The notes below the pieces were generated by a model. It searched no databases. It saw only the letters and a program-made list of their open reading frames with translations, and was not told where the DNA came from. Shown piece by piece: positions 36,050 through 45,437 of a DNA stretch of 45,437 nucleotides (positions within the stretch are counted from its first letter, which is position 1; every line of letters starts with the position of its first letter). A program made the translations under genes and the position numbers. This DNA is from Asterionella formosa (lineage: Eukaryota), in contig NKIB01014258.1 of assembly GCA_002256025.1 (NCBI GenBank), positions 1 through 45,437 on the forward strand. Reading direction: 5' to 3'.

Positions 36050-36990
36050 ATTTGTGGAAAAGGGTTGCCCATGAGATCTACAATCATTGAACAAGAAGCA
36101 GGATTCCTTGGCCCCTTTCAAAGAAAAATATAGCCTGGTCAAACACAGCACCTAACATTCTAACCTGATAATGTGGGCCCATGTTGGATGACTCCTACTG
36201 AACAAGAAGCAATTTGACATGATACCATCATTAGAATACCCAAGGAAATTCAAAGAAGTCATGCTTAATTAATATTCGATCTTGCTGCTAAGGGAGCCAA
36301 TACTAACAAAGGGAAGAATGAAAACGATCTGATGATCCTCTGTCCACAATATCAAGTGCCAACATCGACAAAAATTTCAAGGGTCAATGAGGATTGGGAA
36401 GTACAATCGAAAGGATTAGTTCAAGTGCTTTGGGAAAGGGGATTTATTGATGGAACAAAGTTGAATAGCTACACACTTACTGGTCGAAAAGATGCATTTG
36501 GCCTAATAGATTGCAGCACTAATAGTCTTCGACATCTTATGTCCGTGTGTTCTGACTTCTTGAATGAGCAACAAGGCATGATGCAATATATTGGGACCAA
36601 ACTTGGAGTGGAAGTAATGCTAACTCCAAAATGCCATGCCAAGATATCTGGGGAAGGTGTGGAATACATGTGGGCGAGTGCCAAAGGCACATAGTACGCA
36701 CCGGAACCTGGTAGTACTGAAGGAAAAGAAGGGGAAATCGAATTTCATGGCAAGTGTTAGAACATGTTTGTCAGCAGAAGTGATTACAGGAGCCCGAATA
36801 AGGAAAGTTTCTCTACAATCTCGCCAGTACATGTTGGCTTACCAGCATGCTCTTGATTCTGACTTGTTATTTGAACCAGAACTGCAACAGCAGCGCTCTA
36901 AGCATGGCCCTGTCAAAATCGACAACCTTGTAAAGAAGATGTAGACACATCGATGTGCCTTGGACTTCGATTACAAGTTTGTAATGAATG
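36050..36990 (+). pseudogene. IS630/Tc1-like DDE transposase C-terminal remnant
   Basis: KGLVQVLWERGFID..SLRHLMSVCSDFLNE..LTPKCHAKISGEGVEYMWASAKG; the PKxH-E-W-aK pattern resembles the DDE_3 third catalytic motif. Confidence 0.7.
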
Positions 36991-37886
36991 TAGATAAATA
37001 AAGCGAGTGCCGACGTTGTTATATCATGCTTGTCAACATTACATAACCTCATATGCATTCCCTATGCTAATTATCTATCATACTAGGGCTACGGTGGCTA
37101 CTCTATGTACTCTGAGCATGATTCCAGCCATATCTTTATCCCAGATTAATTTGTTGATTTAAGGTTCCTGCATTGCAACCCTAAGGCAAAAATTACAATA
37201 TTGCTTAGGGTTGCCGATATTCCCTGGAACTAAGAATTTATATGAGCTATTTTTGAGTTACATGATTCCATTTGAAATATTCAAATCAGTGGAAATTTGC
37301 GCGTTCATGCCTACTAGATTCCTTTTCAAATTCGCTGAATACCGGGGTATATAGCTAGATAGATTGTACATCTGTATGTATATACCGGTATACACTCTAT
37401 ACACCAAGTGACGGTTGATGTGTCATACGACCCGGCGGCTCCGCAAATATTTGAAGTGCTTTCTAGGAGTGGTTCGCATGTGTCAAATGATAATCATCTA
37501 CCGGTACCCGTAGTGGATATTGGTACCGGCATACCGACGATCAGCCACCAAAGAAATTTTAAATCCAGTGTGACCGGTGTGGGTTTGCAAGACCTCTCAA
37601 ACCGGGCCAATAAAATATCGCTAAGTAATTGAACTTGACCAATCAAAATATTTATAGTGAAGCGGACACTTACAATGGAACTTTTGTACAGAAGATTGTA
37701 GGACGAAAAACTGAATCACAAGCAAGACTTCAGTTCCGATGATGACGTTTTGGCGATTATTGATTCTGATTCCGACGTTTTGGAGACCGTTGAGAAGGCC
37801 AATATTGTCGAATTTTTTAACGACAATAGCAAAGAAGACTTAAGTACATAGGGAATCTTCATATAGCCCCAGAAGTTAACTTTCGG

Positions 37887-38005
37887 CGAGAAAGTGCAGA
37901 AAGGAACTTCGGTTTTTTAATTCGGCCAAATAAACGAGTTGGCCCAGTAAAATCCACTATTTCCAGCATAGTTAAAAAACCGAATTTCCTTTCTGCTCTT
38001 TCTCG
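37887..38005. repeat. 34-bp inverted repeat hairpin (MITE-like)
   Basis: CGAGAAAGTGCAGAAAGGAACTTCGGTTTTTTAA vs the reverse complement of 37972-38005, 32/34 match; 51-nt spacer. Confidence 0.9.
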
Positions 38006-38206
38006 ACATATCCTGTATCCTGACGATATATAGTGTTGACCTATAGTACCCCTATCTTATTTTGTCAGAAGACTTTATCTAAGCATATGGAAAGGTTGCA
38101 TATTGGTGAAAGCTCCGTTTAGCGATATACATTTATGTTTCACTCGTAAGAAGTGTGTGTTTGAGTTCTCTGACTCAATATTATTTTTTAACCCTACCTC
38201 TAAACT

Positions 38207-39144
38207 NNNNNNNNNNNNNNNNNNNNNNNNNNNNNNNNNNNNNNNNNNNNNNNNNNNNNNNNNNNNNNNNNNNNNNNNNNNNNNNNNNNNNNNNNNNNNN
38301 NNNNNNNNNNNNNNNNNNNNNNNNNNNNNNNNNNNNNNNNNNNNNNNNNNNNNNNNNNNNNNNNNNNNNNNNNNNNNNNNNNNNNNNNNNNNNNNNNNNN
38401 NNNNNNNNNNNNNNNNNNNNNNNNNNNNNNNNNNNNNNNNNNNNNNNNNNNNNNNNNNNNNNNNNNNNNNNNNNNNNNNNNNNNNNNNNNNNNNNNNNNN
38501 NNNNNNNNNNNNNNNNNNNNNNNNNNNNNNNNNNNNNNNNNNNNNNNNNNNNNNNNNNNNNNNNNNNNNNNNNNNNNNNNNNNNNNNNNNNNNNNNNNNN
38601 NNNNNNNNNNNNNNNNNNNNNNNNNNNNNNNNNNNNNNNNNNNNNNNNNNNNNNNNNNNNNNNNNNNNNNNNNNNNNNNNNNNNNNNNNNNNNNNNNNNN
38701 NNNNNNNNNNNNNNNNNNNNNNNNNNNNNNNNNNNNNNNNNNNNNNNNNNNNNNNNNNNNNNNNNNNNNNNNNNNNNNNNNNNNNNNNNNNNNNNNNNNN
38801 NNNNNNNNNNNNNNNNNNNNNNNNNNNNNNNNNNNNNNNNNNNNNNNNNNNNNNNNNNNNNNNNNNNNNNNNNNNNNNNNNNNNNNNNNNNNNNNNNNNN
38901 NNNNNNNNNNNNNNNNNNNNNNNNNNNNNNNNNNNNNNNNNNNNNNNNNNNNNNNNNNNNNNNNNNNNNNNNNNNNNNNNNNNNNNNNNNNNNNNNNNNN
39001 NNNNNNNNNNNNNNNNNNNNNNNNNNNNNNNNNNNNNNNNNNNNNNNNNNNNNNNNNNNNNNNNNNNNNNNNNNNNNNNNNNNNNNNNNNNNNNNNNNNN
39101 NNNNNNNNNNNNNNNNNNNNNNNNNNNNNNNNNNNNNNNNNNNN
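38207..39144. other. Assembly gap (938 N)
   Basis: Run of N. Confidence 1.
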
Positions 39145-39309
39145 AATAATGTTATGACGTGATTTAAACCCGAGTAGCTGGTACCGGTAATTATAGTATC
39201 AACAAAAGTATTAAAAAATAGTTTTTGTGGAAAAAATCAAATAAAATAAACACGGCCGGTTTGGGTGAAAAAATCTTCATATATTGTTATGAGCATTCCC
39301 TATTTAGTT

Positions 39310-40224
39310 GGATGTGAGTGAAAAAGTGAGACAGTGTTTTCTGCACATCGTTGTAAAGGATAAGAAATATAACTTGGATGAATTATTTTTGTTATGTCAA
39401 TAAACAGCATCGACTCAGCCAGTGATGATTCCCAGTTATATATGCATATACTATGCTATTATACACAGTCAGTACAGAATAAATTCAGTGAGAACATATC
39501 CTATGCCAAATATTGTATTCTTTTGCCAACGTTAATAACAATTTTGCTATTTTAACAAGAAACGAATACATTATTGAGTCCTACAGCAATAGAGAATTTC
39601 TGAAAGTGTTTGAATCATGTTGGTTTTTCGAGTCCAAGCATTGCCATCATCGCAATTCACCAATCCTTCACCATCCGTCAATTCGAATTGGAGCGCTCGG
39701 AACGATGTTGACAGTGCATGCACAAACAATACAACGACAAAACCTTTCACCAATTTGGACTACTTCCATCATTTTGAATGAAACAACCGGAGCTGACTGT
39801 CACTCAACAATTCACTGATCCTTCAATTGCATCGAAAGGAGCACTGAGACAGCAGGGATGGTGTCTCTGAAGCACTCCTGCACTGAACAGAATCACGATG
39901 GGTGAGAAATAATTTGAAGACAATATTTTGGTATGTCCAAAAATGTCGCAGGACCTACCTGCTATGCCATAAAACAACTTCAATTCCTTAAACATGGCAC
40001 CTTACCTATGATTGTGACATTCCTTGTTCAACTGGTGGAGATGAGTGAAACAGTGAGAAAATGTTTTCTGCACATCATTGTTGTAAAGGATAAGAAATAA
40101 CTTGGAGGTATTATTTTTGTGATGTCAATAAATAGCGTTGACTCTGTGATGATTTCCATGTATTTGCTATGCTATTATACAAAGTCAGTAAAGTATAATT
40201 TGAGCGACAAGTTATCATATGCCA
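39310..40224. repeat. Pair of diverged ~190-bp direct repeats (39310-39508 and 40037-40224)
   Basis: Shared TGAGTGAAA..TGTTTTCTGCACATC..GTTGTAAAGGATAAGAAATA..CTATGCTATTATACA..AGTCAGTA. Confidence 0.85.
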
Positions 40225-40413
40225 GCCAGACACATTAAAAATTTGAAAGTTGATGGTTTTATATGATGAATATTTATTGCAGACACATAGCCAAAAATCT
40301 GAAAATGTTGAAAGTATCGATTACTGTATGATCATAAAAATCAAAAATTAACGGTTTTATCAATATGCATTGTACTACTATGATATCATATGCACACTCT
40401 ACCAGCACCATAG

Positions 40414-40958
40414 ACCATTACAGGGTCAACCTTGAATTACTAAATATTGTCACTGAGCATTGGAACTTGTGACCTCCTTGTATTGGGATAGTACTGCCAA
40501 AACCCAATACAGGAGCAACCTTGAATTGGAAAATATTATCAACTTGTTTTGGAGCTCATGACCTTGTATTGGGATGTAATGTAGTACAGCCAAAAACCAA
40601 GACAGGGGCAACGTTGAATTGCAAAATGTTGCAACCTTGTTTTGGGAAATAAACAGAGCCCAATACAGGGAATAGCTTGTATTGGATGATGTTCTCACGA
40701 GATATAACGGAACACCTTGAATGGGAGTGATAACCAGATATATTATCACCTTGTATTGGACTTGACATGCTGACCCTTTGCCAATACAAGGTGAACCTTG
40801 AATTTGAATGTTATATCACCTACCGGTATTGGAAAAAACAAATGACCAATACCTTGTTTTGTTTTGGAAAATGTTGCGACGCCCGATACAAGGTAGGCAT
40901 GGCTTTGGAGGACGAAAACCGATTGAAAACGTACCAAAAAATTGCCATTACAGGGTAC
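40414..40958. repeat. Array of CCAATACARG motifs in alternating orientation
   Basis: Repeated CTTGTATTGG / CCAATACAGG and AACCTTGAATT units; perfect 14-bp stem at 40746-40794. Confidence 0.8.
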
Positions 40959-41413
40959 TTTCGTTTCCTCTGAACTGGTACTCTGTTAAATACTGTGACA
41001 CGAGTTGGTGCTTTGTCTCGTCGCTCCCAATCATGCAGTCATTCTTTGAAAAACAAAGCAAAGCAAAAATTTATAATAAGCAACCGTGGTTATGTATGAG
41101 CCAAGGTGTGGTTGGGCATGATGGTAAACCAGGTTGCGGGCGGAAATTTCTTAGTGATAAATCTATCACAAATAACAGATCGGAAAACCGGCAGTGCTTC
41201 ATAGGTCCAGATGAATGCGAAGGCAGCAAACTGTTCTATATCCTGAGTTTAACACCAGTTCTGGTACCCTGCAGTTTAGTAAGCCACTTCTACTGCCATT
41301 ACATCATGGCCATCGTATTACCAATATTACAATAGGCCTCGACTAGCAACGATGAATTATTGTTATATATTATTATGCATCGGTAATACATTTCATGACG
41401 TGAAGCTATCATG

Positions 41414-44400
41414 TCATCCAGTGCTTCCTTCATTCCTGGGGTTGGCAGCGTGACTCTTAGTCATGGCAATCAAAAGTCCATTACCTTCAATATCATCACC
41501 TTGACCAAATCTGACGCACAATTGACTTGGGTTCGAATCGTCGGTGTTACGCAACATGTACTCTCGCAACATCGGGGTTGCCACAATTTCATTTTGCTGT
41601 TTTGCAATGGCTGCAAGTATTCCTTCGCGACCAACTTGCGAGTCCAATGGTATGGTATCAGAATCAGGTCGACACAATATGCTTTGAACTAAATCGTATT
41701 GATTGGGAAACTTGTGGAGTAAGGACATGGCCCGGCACAGTAATGTTTCAGCTTCGGCAATGGCGTTGCAGACAGTTTCACAGGCTCGAATGGATTCCAA
41801 CGACGCGTATCGAGGTAAACGGTCCTTGTGATGGTTAACATTAGGAAGATTGCCATTAGAAACGTCACGGGAAAGTAACTGAATCGCGTGATTCGTCTTT
41901 TCTTTCAATCGATACAGTCCCTTCTCCACTACACCAATAAACTTTGTTTCACCAGCAGACGCGACTAGCGCAAAGTACGAACTAGAAAGATTCACTGCCA
42001 TGATTTGGTTCATCAAACTGGCTGGGTGCATGGTGCTGAGGTAGTCCAAGACCATTTCAACTGTATTCATCACATCGAAGAGGGGCTCCTGGTCCATGGC
42101 TGGGCAGGCAGTAGCTTCATCCCACGTTACGGACCAAAAGTCACTTGTTCTCACTAGAATCTGATTAGTTTCGGACATGTCATTTAACTCGGCTGCACCC
42201 GAATCACCTGAACTTGTGGTAGACTGAGTTACGACTGGGTGATCCTCACTGTAATCATCGAGAGGATTACCAGGGTCACCATACCACATAATAAAATCTT
42301 GAAAAACAGCACCAGGATTGGCAGCCTTGAACGCCATCATATCACTCAGCAGCTTGGGCTTTTGGAGTCGATGAGCAATGCTAACACGGCTTTGAATGTT
42401 GCCCATAAACGAAGGGTCTGTGTCGCTCTGCGACGACAACATCATGCGCCTCTCAAGAATCAGATCATCTGTGAGTGGATAGGGACGTTGCAAGTAGGGA
42501 GCATAAAGTTGATTGCCATTAGCAGCCAAAGTTGCCCCATGGACAGGACAGCGAGCTCCTTGTCGACATTGTGGTTCATTGATATTTGTTGTGTAATTGT
42601 CTTGAATATTGCTTTGTAAAACACCTTGAACGCTTCCCTCCCTTGCATCGTAGAATTCCAATCTGTATGTGCTGCTACTTAACATAGATTTTTCTTCATC
42701 GACGATTTCAATCGCGCGCACAGGGGCAGGAACTGTGTCCACCATGTTAGATGACTTGGTGTTCAAGCGATAATTTGGAAGCAACCCTGTAGTTGCTTTG
42801 TGCGGGATGGTAGCCATATCACTCTCATTCTCAATATTTTCTGTTGATGCAACACTTGTGGCACATTCAAAGTCCGTCCCATCACTTGAAAGATGCGTCT
42901 CGGACATTGGATTTGATCCTTGCTCCATCCTATCAATATCTCTCATCTCCAATGCAACAGCGCATTCGATTCCAAGATTGAATACTTGGAGCTTCTGGCC
43001 AACCAAGCAATACGAATCGTCTGGCTCTGGTTCTGAGGAATTAATGTATGCAGAATAATTCGCCTTGGTACCAATGGTGGAAATTCCTTTTTTCTTTGTC
43101 TGGAGGTCTGGAGATGGATCCAAGCCAGGAACATGACCCATGTTTGGTAGGCTATCTCGGTGATCCCACCGAGTTCGTAGCTCCTCGATAAATGACATCC
43201 AAAGTAATGACATAGATGAAGGAGAGCGGAGGCGGGCCATATGAAGGAATAACAGTGATACTAGTCTACCTGGAGGTGCCGATTTGCTCATAAAGTGTTC
43301 AATATCCTCAGTGCCATCCATGGCGAAGACCTCTTCGGGTGGGCTGGGAAATCCAAGATATATGGTTCCATCAAATATTTGATCCAATATACGTTGTGCT
43401 TGCCATGGTTCAATCATGTCGTCAGCAACTGCAGCCCAATCCATTGCATCAACCAACTGACGGGTTACGGAGCTAATATTAGCAAGGGAAGCAATATTTG
43501 CTGTCGCACTTTCAACTATTTCTGAACGCCACTGGTCCATAAGTGCTTCATTGGTGAGATGATTTATTAGCACGCTAGATGGTAGAGTCGCAGTACGAAT
43601 GAGTGCAGCTAGGAGACATCGTTGGCTGGCCGCAAGTGTTGAAACTGACGTTGTTCGATCATAATGAGTCTGGACGACAAACGACGATGGAAGTAGAGGG
43701 TTTAGAATTGTTCGCTCAACAGATTCCTCCATTTCAATCCAATCACTTCGAGTCATGGAGCGCCGCGATCGGATCTTCAGGGGGAATGACAGCAATTCTT
43801 CAACTGTCCCGTCTAGTCGTTTCTTTCCATTCCACGTTACACATGCTCGAACACTTGTTATTGGATCATCCAAAGGTCCCCATATTGGTTCAGTTGATGA
43901 TGCGCCAATAGCATGTTCCAACAATGATAATGCATATGATTGACACAGACCACGGTAGCTTTCTATACTTTCTTCTGACATATCTGGGTCGATAACAACC
44001 TCCGTCCACTTTCTCCATTCATTGGGTTCCAAACGACCAAAGAGGATGCTGATTCGAGGTGAGGGTGGTGCTTTTTTCCACTTGTATACATGTCGAGCTC
44101 CTGAAAGCACTACATTGTCACTATCGGAGTGCTTCATCAACAATTGTCCCCATACAGTCAGGCGACTGGATGTCGCTGATTGAAAGGGCAATATGGAAAC
44201 CGAAAAGGAATGCTGCTGGAGCAAATTGGCACTCACAATAGGAGGCAGATAGTGCTGGTTAAGGTGATGACATCGTTTTTGAAAAATTGATAACCTTCGT
44301 CTTAGGGGAATATGCTTGCTGGTAAGCATCCAAGATGGGAAAATGCTTGGTTCCGAGGTTTGCATGGATTGTAACCATTGGGGCATTCGGTGGTACTGCT

Positions 44401-45217
44401 GCTCGGGAGCATAAATACCCCATAGACCAAATGCGGGTATTCTACAGTGAATATTGGAAACTGCGCACTGTAGAGCAGTTTGCAGCAAACCAGAAAATGA
44501 AGCCGTCACCATCCAGGGAGCAAGCTTGTCAGAATGTCTTTGAACTATGGACTCGCCAAGAGCCCAAACTAGATCCGAAGTGACATCTAATCCTGGTTGT
44601 AATGATAGTGTCAGATGTTGGCCAATTCCAAATAAAGTAGAAAGATTTCCAAATGGATCATGGGGTATATGAAGAAGCGGCAGTCTTTTAAGGGATTGGG
44701 CCAGCTGTTCGTCCGATTCCACGCCTGAAGGCCCATCCCACAGAGTCAGCGCCAACGCCACAGCTACTTTGCCGCCATTCGCCAAATTTACAATCCACTG
44801 TATGTTTTCGCTTCGGATCATTTGAACAGTAGCTTCTACTGCCTTGCTTCTGATAATCTTCGTTGTCTTTGGTCGTGTCGGTGTGGAATGACAGGACGAC
44901 GATTCCGAGATGACGAGCTTGCGCTGACCATCTTCTTGTGTCGCAAAGAATGCGCCCAAGGATCCTAGGACCTTGTCTTGATGTCCAAATCTGTCGTGTG
45001 ATGTAGCTGAGAGTGCACCTGTATCCAAGCTGTCGGATGCGTCTTCCGAGAGGGAATGAGGTAGCGTCGCTCGCTTGTTCGGATCTTGAAATTGTGAAAA
45101 CGAAACATGACGATCAGAACCCACCAAATGCCAAGAACGCAGAAGCGTCTCTACGTCTCGAGCCAATCGTTCTACAGGAGTCGAACAGGAGTAGTCTGTA
45201 TACTCGTCGTGGTTCAT
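41414..45217 (-). CDS. RAB3GAP1: Rab3 GTPase-activating protein catalytic subunit
   Basis: N-terminal DYSCSTPVERLARDVETLLRSW; SAPPGRLVS; CLVGQKLQVFN; LYAPYLQRPYPLTDD; LLSDMMAFKAANPGAVFQDFIMWY. Intronless 1267-aa ORF. Confidence 0.93.
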   Translation of the reverse strand: MNHDEYTDYSCSTPVERLARDVETLLRSWHLVGSDRHVSFSQFQDPNKRATLPHSLSEDASDSLDTGALSATSHDRFGHQDKVLGSLGAFFATQEDGQRKLVISESSSCHSTPTRPKTTKIIRSKAVEATVQMIRSENIQWIVNLANGGKVAVALALTLWDGPSGVESDEQLAQSLKRLPLLHIPHDPFGNLSTLFGIGQHLTLSLQPGLDVTSDLVWALGESIVQRHSDKLAPWMVTASFSGLLQTALQCAVSNIHCRIPAFGLWGIYAPEQQYHRMPQWLQSMQTSEPSIFPSWMLTSKHIPLRRRLSIFQKRCHHLNQHYLPPIVSANLLQQHSFSVSILPFQSATSSRLTVWGQLLMKHSDSDNVVLSGARHVYKWKKAPPSPRISILFGRLEPNEWRKWTEVVIDPDMSEESIESYRGLCQSYALSLLEHAIGASSTEPIWGPLDDPITSVRACVTWNGKKRLDGTVEELLSFPLKIRSRRSMTRSDWIEMEESVERTILNPLLPSSFVVQTHYDRTTSVSTLAASQRCLLAALIRTATLPSSVLINHLTNEALMDQWRSEIVESATANIASLANISSVTRQLVDAMDWAAVADDMIEPWQAQRILDQIFDGTIYLGFPSPPEEVFAMDGTEDIEHFMSKSAPPGRLVSLLFLHMARLRSPSSMSLLWMSFIEELRTRWDHRDSLPNMGHVPGLDPSPDLQTKKKGISTIGTKANYSAYINSSEPEPDDSYCLVGQKLQVFNLGIECAVALEMRDIDRMEQGSNPMSETHLSSDGTDFECATSVASTENIENESDMATIPHKATTGLLPNYRLNTKSSNMVDTVPAPVRAIEIVDEEKSMLSSSTYRLEFYDAREGSVQGVLQSNIQDNYTTNINEPQCRQGARCPVHGATLAANGNQLYAPYLQRPYPLTDDLILERRMMLSSQSDTDPSFMGNIQSRVSIAHRLQKPKLLSDMMAFKAANPGAVFQDFIMWYGDPGNPLDDYSEDHPVVTQSTTSSGDSGAAELNDMSETNQILVRTSDFWSVTWDEATACPAMDQEPLFDVMNTVEMVLDYLSTMHPASLMNQIMAVNLSSSYFALVASAGETKFIGVVEKGLYRLKEKTNHAIQLLSRDVSNGNLPNVNHHKDRLPRYASLESIRACETVCNAIAEAETLLCRAMSLLHKFPNQYDLVQSILCRPDSDTIPLDSQVGREGILAAIAKQQNEIVATPMLREYMLRNTDDSNPSQLCVRFGQGDDIEGNGLLIAMTKSHAANPRNEGSTG

Positions 45218-45437
45218 TGTCAGCGTAACATAGGCAGGAGGACCTAGAAACCAAAATCAGCCAATGTTTGCATGATAACAGCACTTTCTATGAGAACAAA
45301 AATACTACAGGTGTACTCCGGTAGGTATTTAAAAAGATTGCCAAACCGGTCGTAGTACTAAATTTAGCTACATGTATTTTGTACAATAAATGCGAGCTGA
45401 CTGCTATTTGACTACCACCAGGTTACCGGTACCAGGT

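Larger units (their letters stand above)
34729..37210 (+). mobile_element. Decayed TIR element carrying an IS630/Tc1-like DDE remnant
   Basis: Ends CCCCTAGCAAGTTGCGATAATC / GCAAAAATTACAATATTGCTTAGGG, plus an ~50-bp subterminal inverted repeat (34778-34826 vs 37085-37133). Confidence 0.6.

Noticed and set aside
38103..39162. Two long ORFs in the track
   Set aside because: Artefacts of translating the N gap.
40414..40958. CRISPR array
   Set aside because: Repeats are degenerate, alternate in orientation and are irregularly spaced; no cas genes; eukaryotic context.

Overview
Eukaryotic, transposon-rich scaffold, most likely from a diatom or another complex-plastid alga. This inference rests on bipartite 'ASAFAP'-type presequences, short GT-AG introns and a Ty1/copia element. 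Intact host genes: a 241-aa hypothetical, a PH/PX-like/TM/EDR2-C protein, a GNAT, an intron-containing plastid-targeted protein, a histidine phosphatase, an intron-containing signal-peptide thioredoxin, a 488-aa protein with a C-terminal PH-like domain, and Rab3GAP catalytic subunit. The rest is mostly decayed mobile DNA: a copia LTR element, two PIF/Harbinger-type two-ORF elements, four remnants of an IS630/Tc1-like DDE family, hairpins, and a tRNA-Ala-like relic. There is a 938-nt N gap (38207-39144). The most notable feature is a TIR-bounded Harbinger derivative (22448-24663) whose centre is replaced by fragments of two host genes, aspartyl-tRNA synthetase and PP2C, i.e. a Pack-type element. 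All assignments come from reading motifs by eye; no searches were run.
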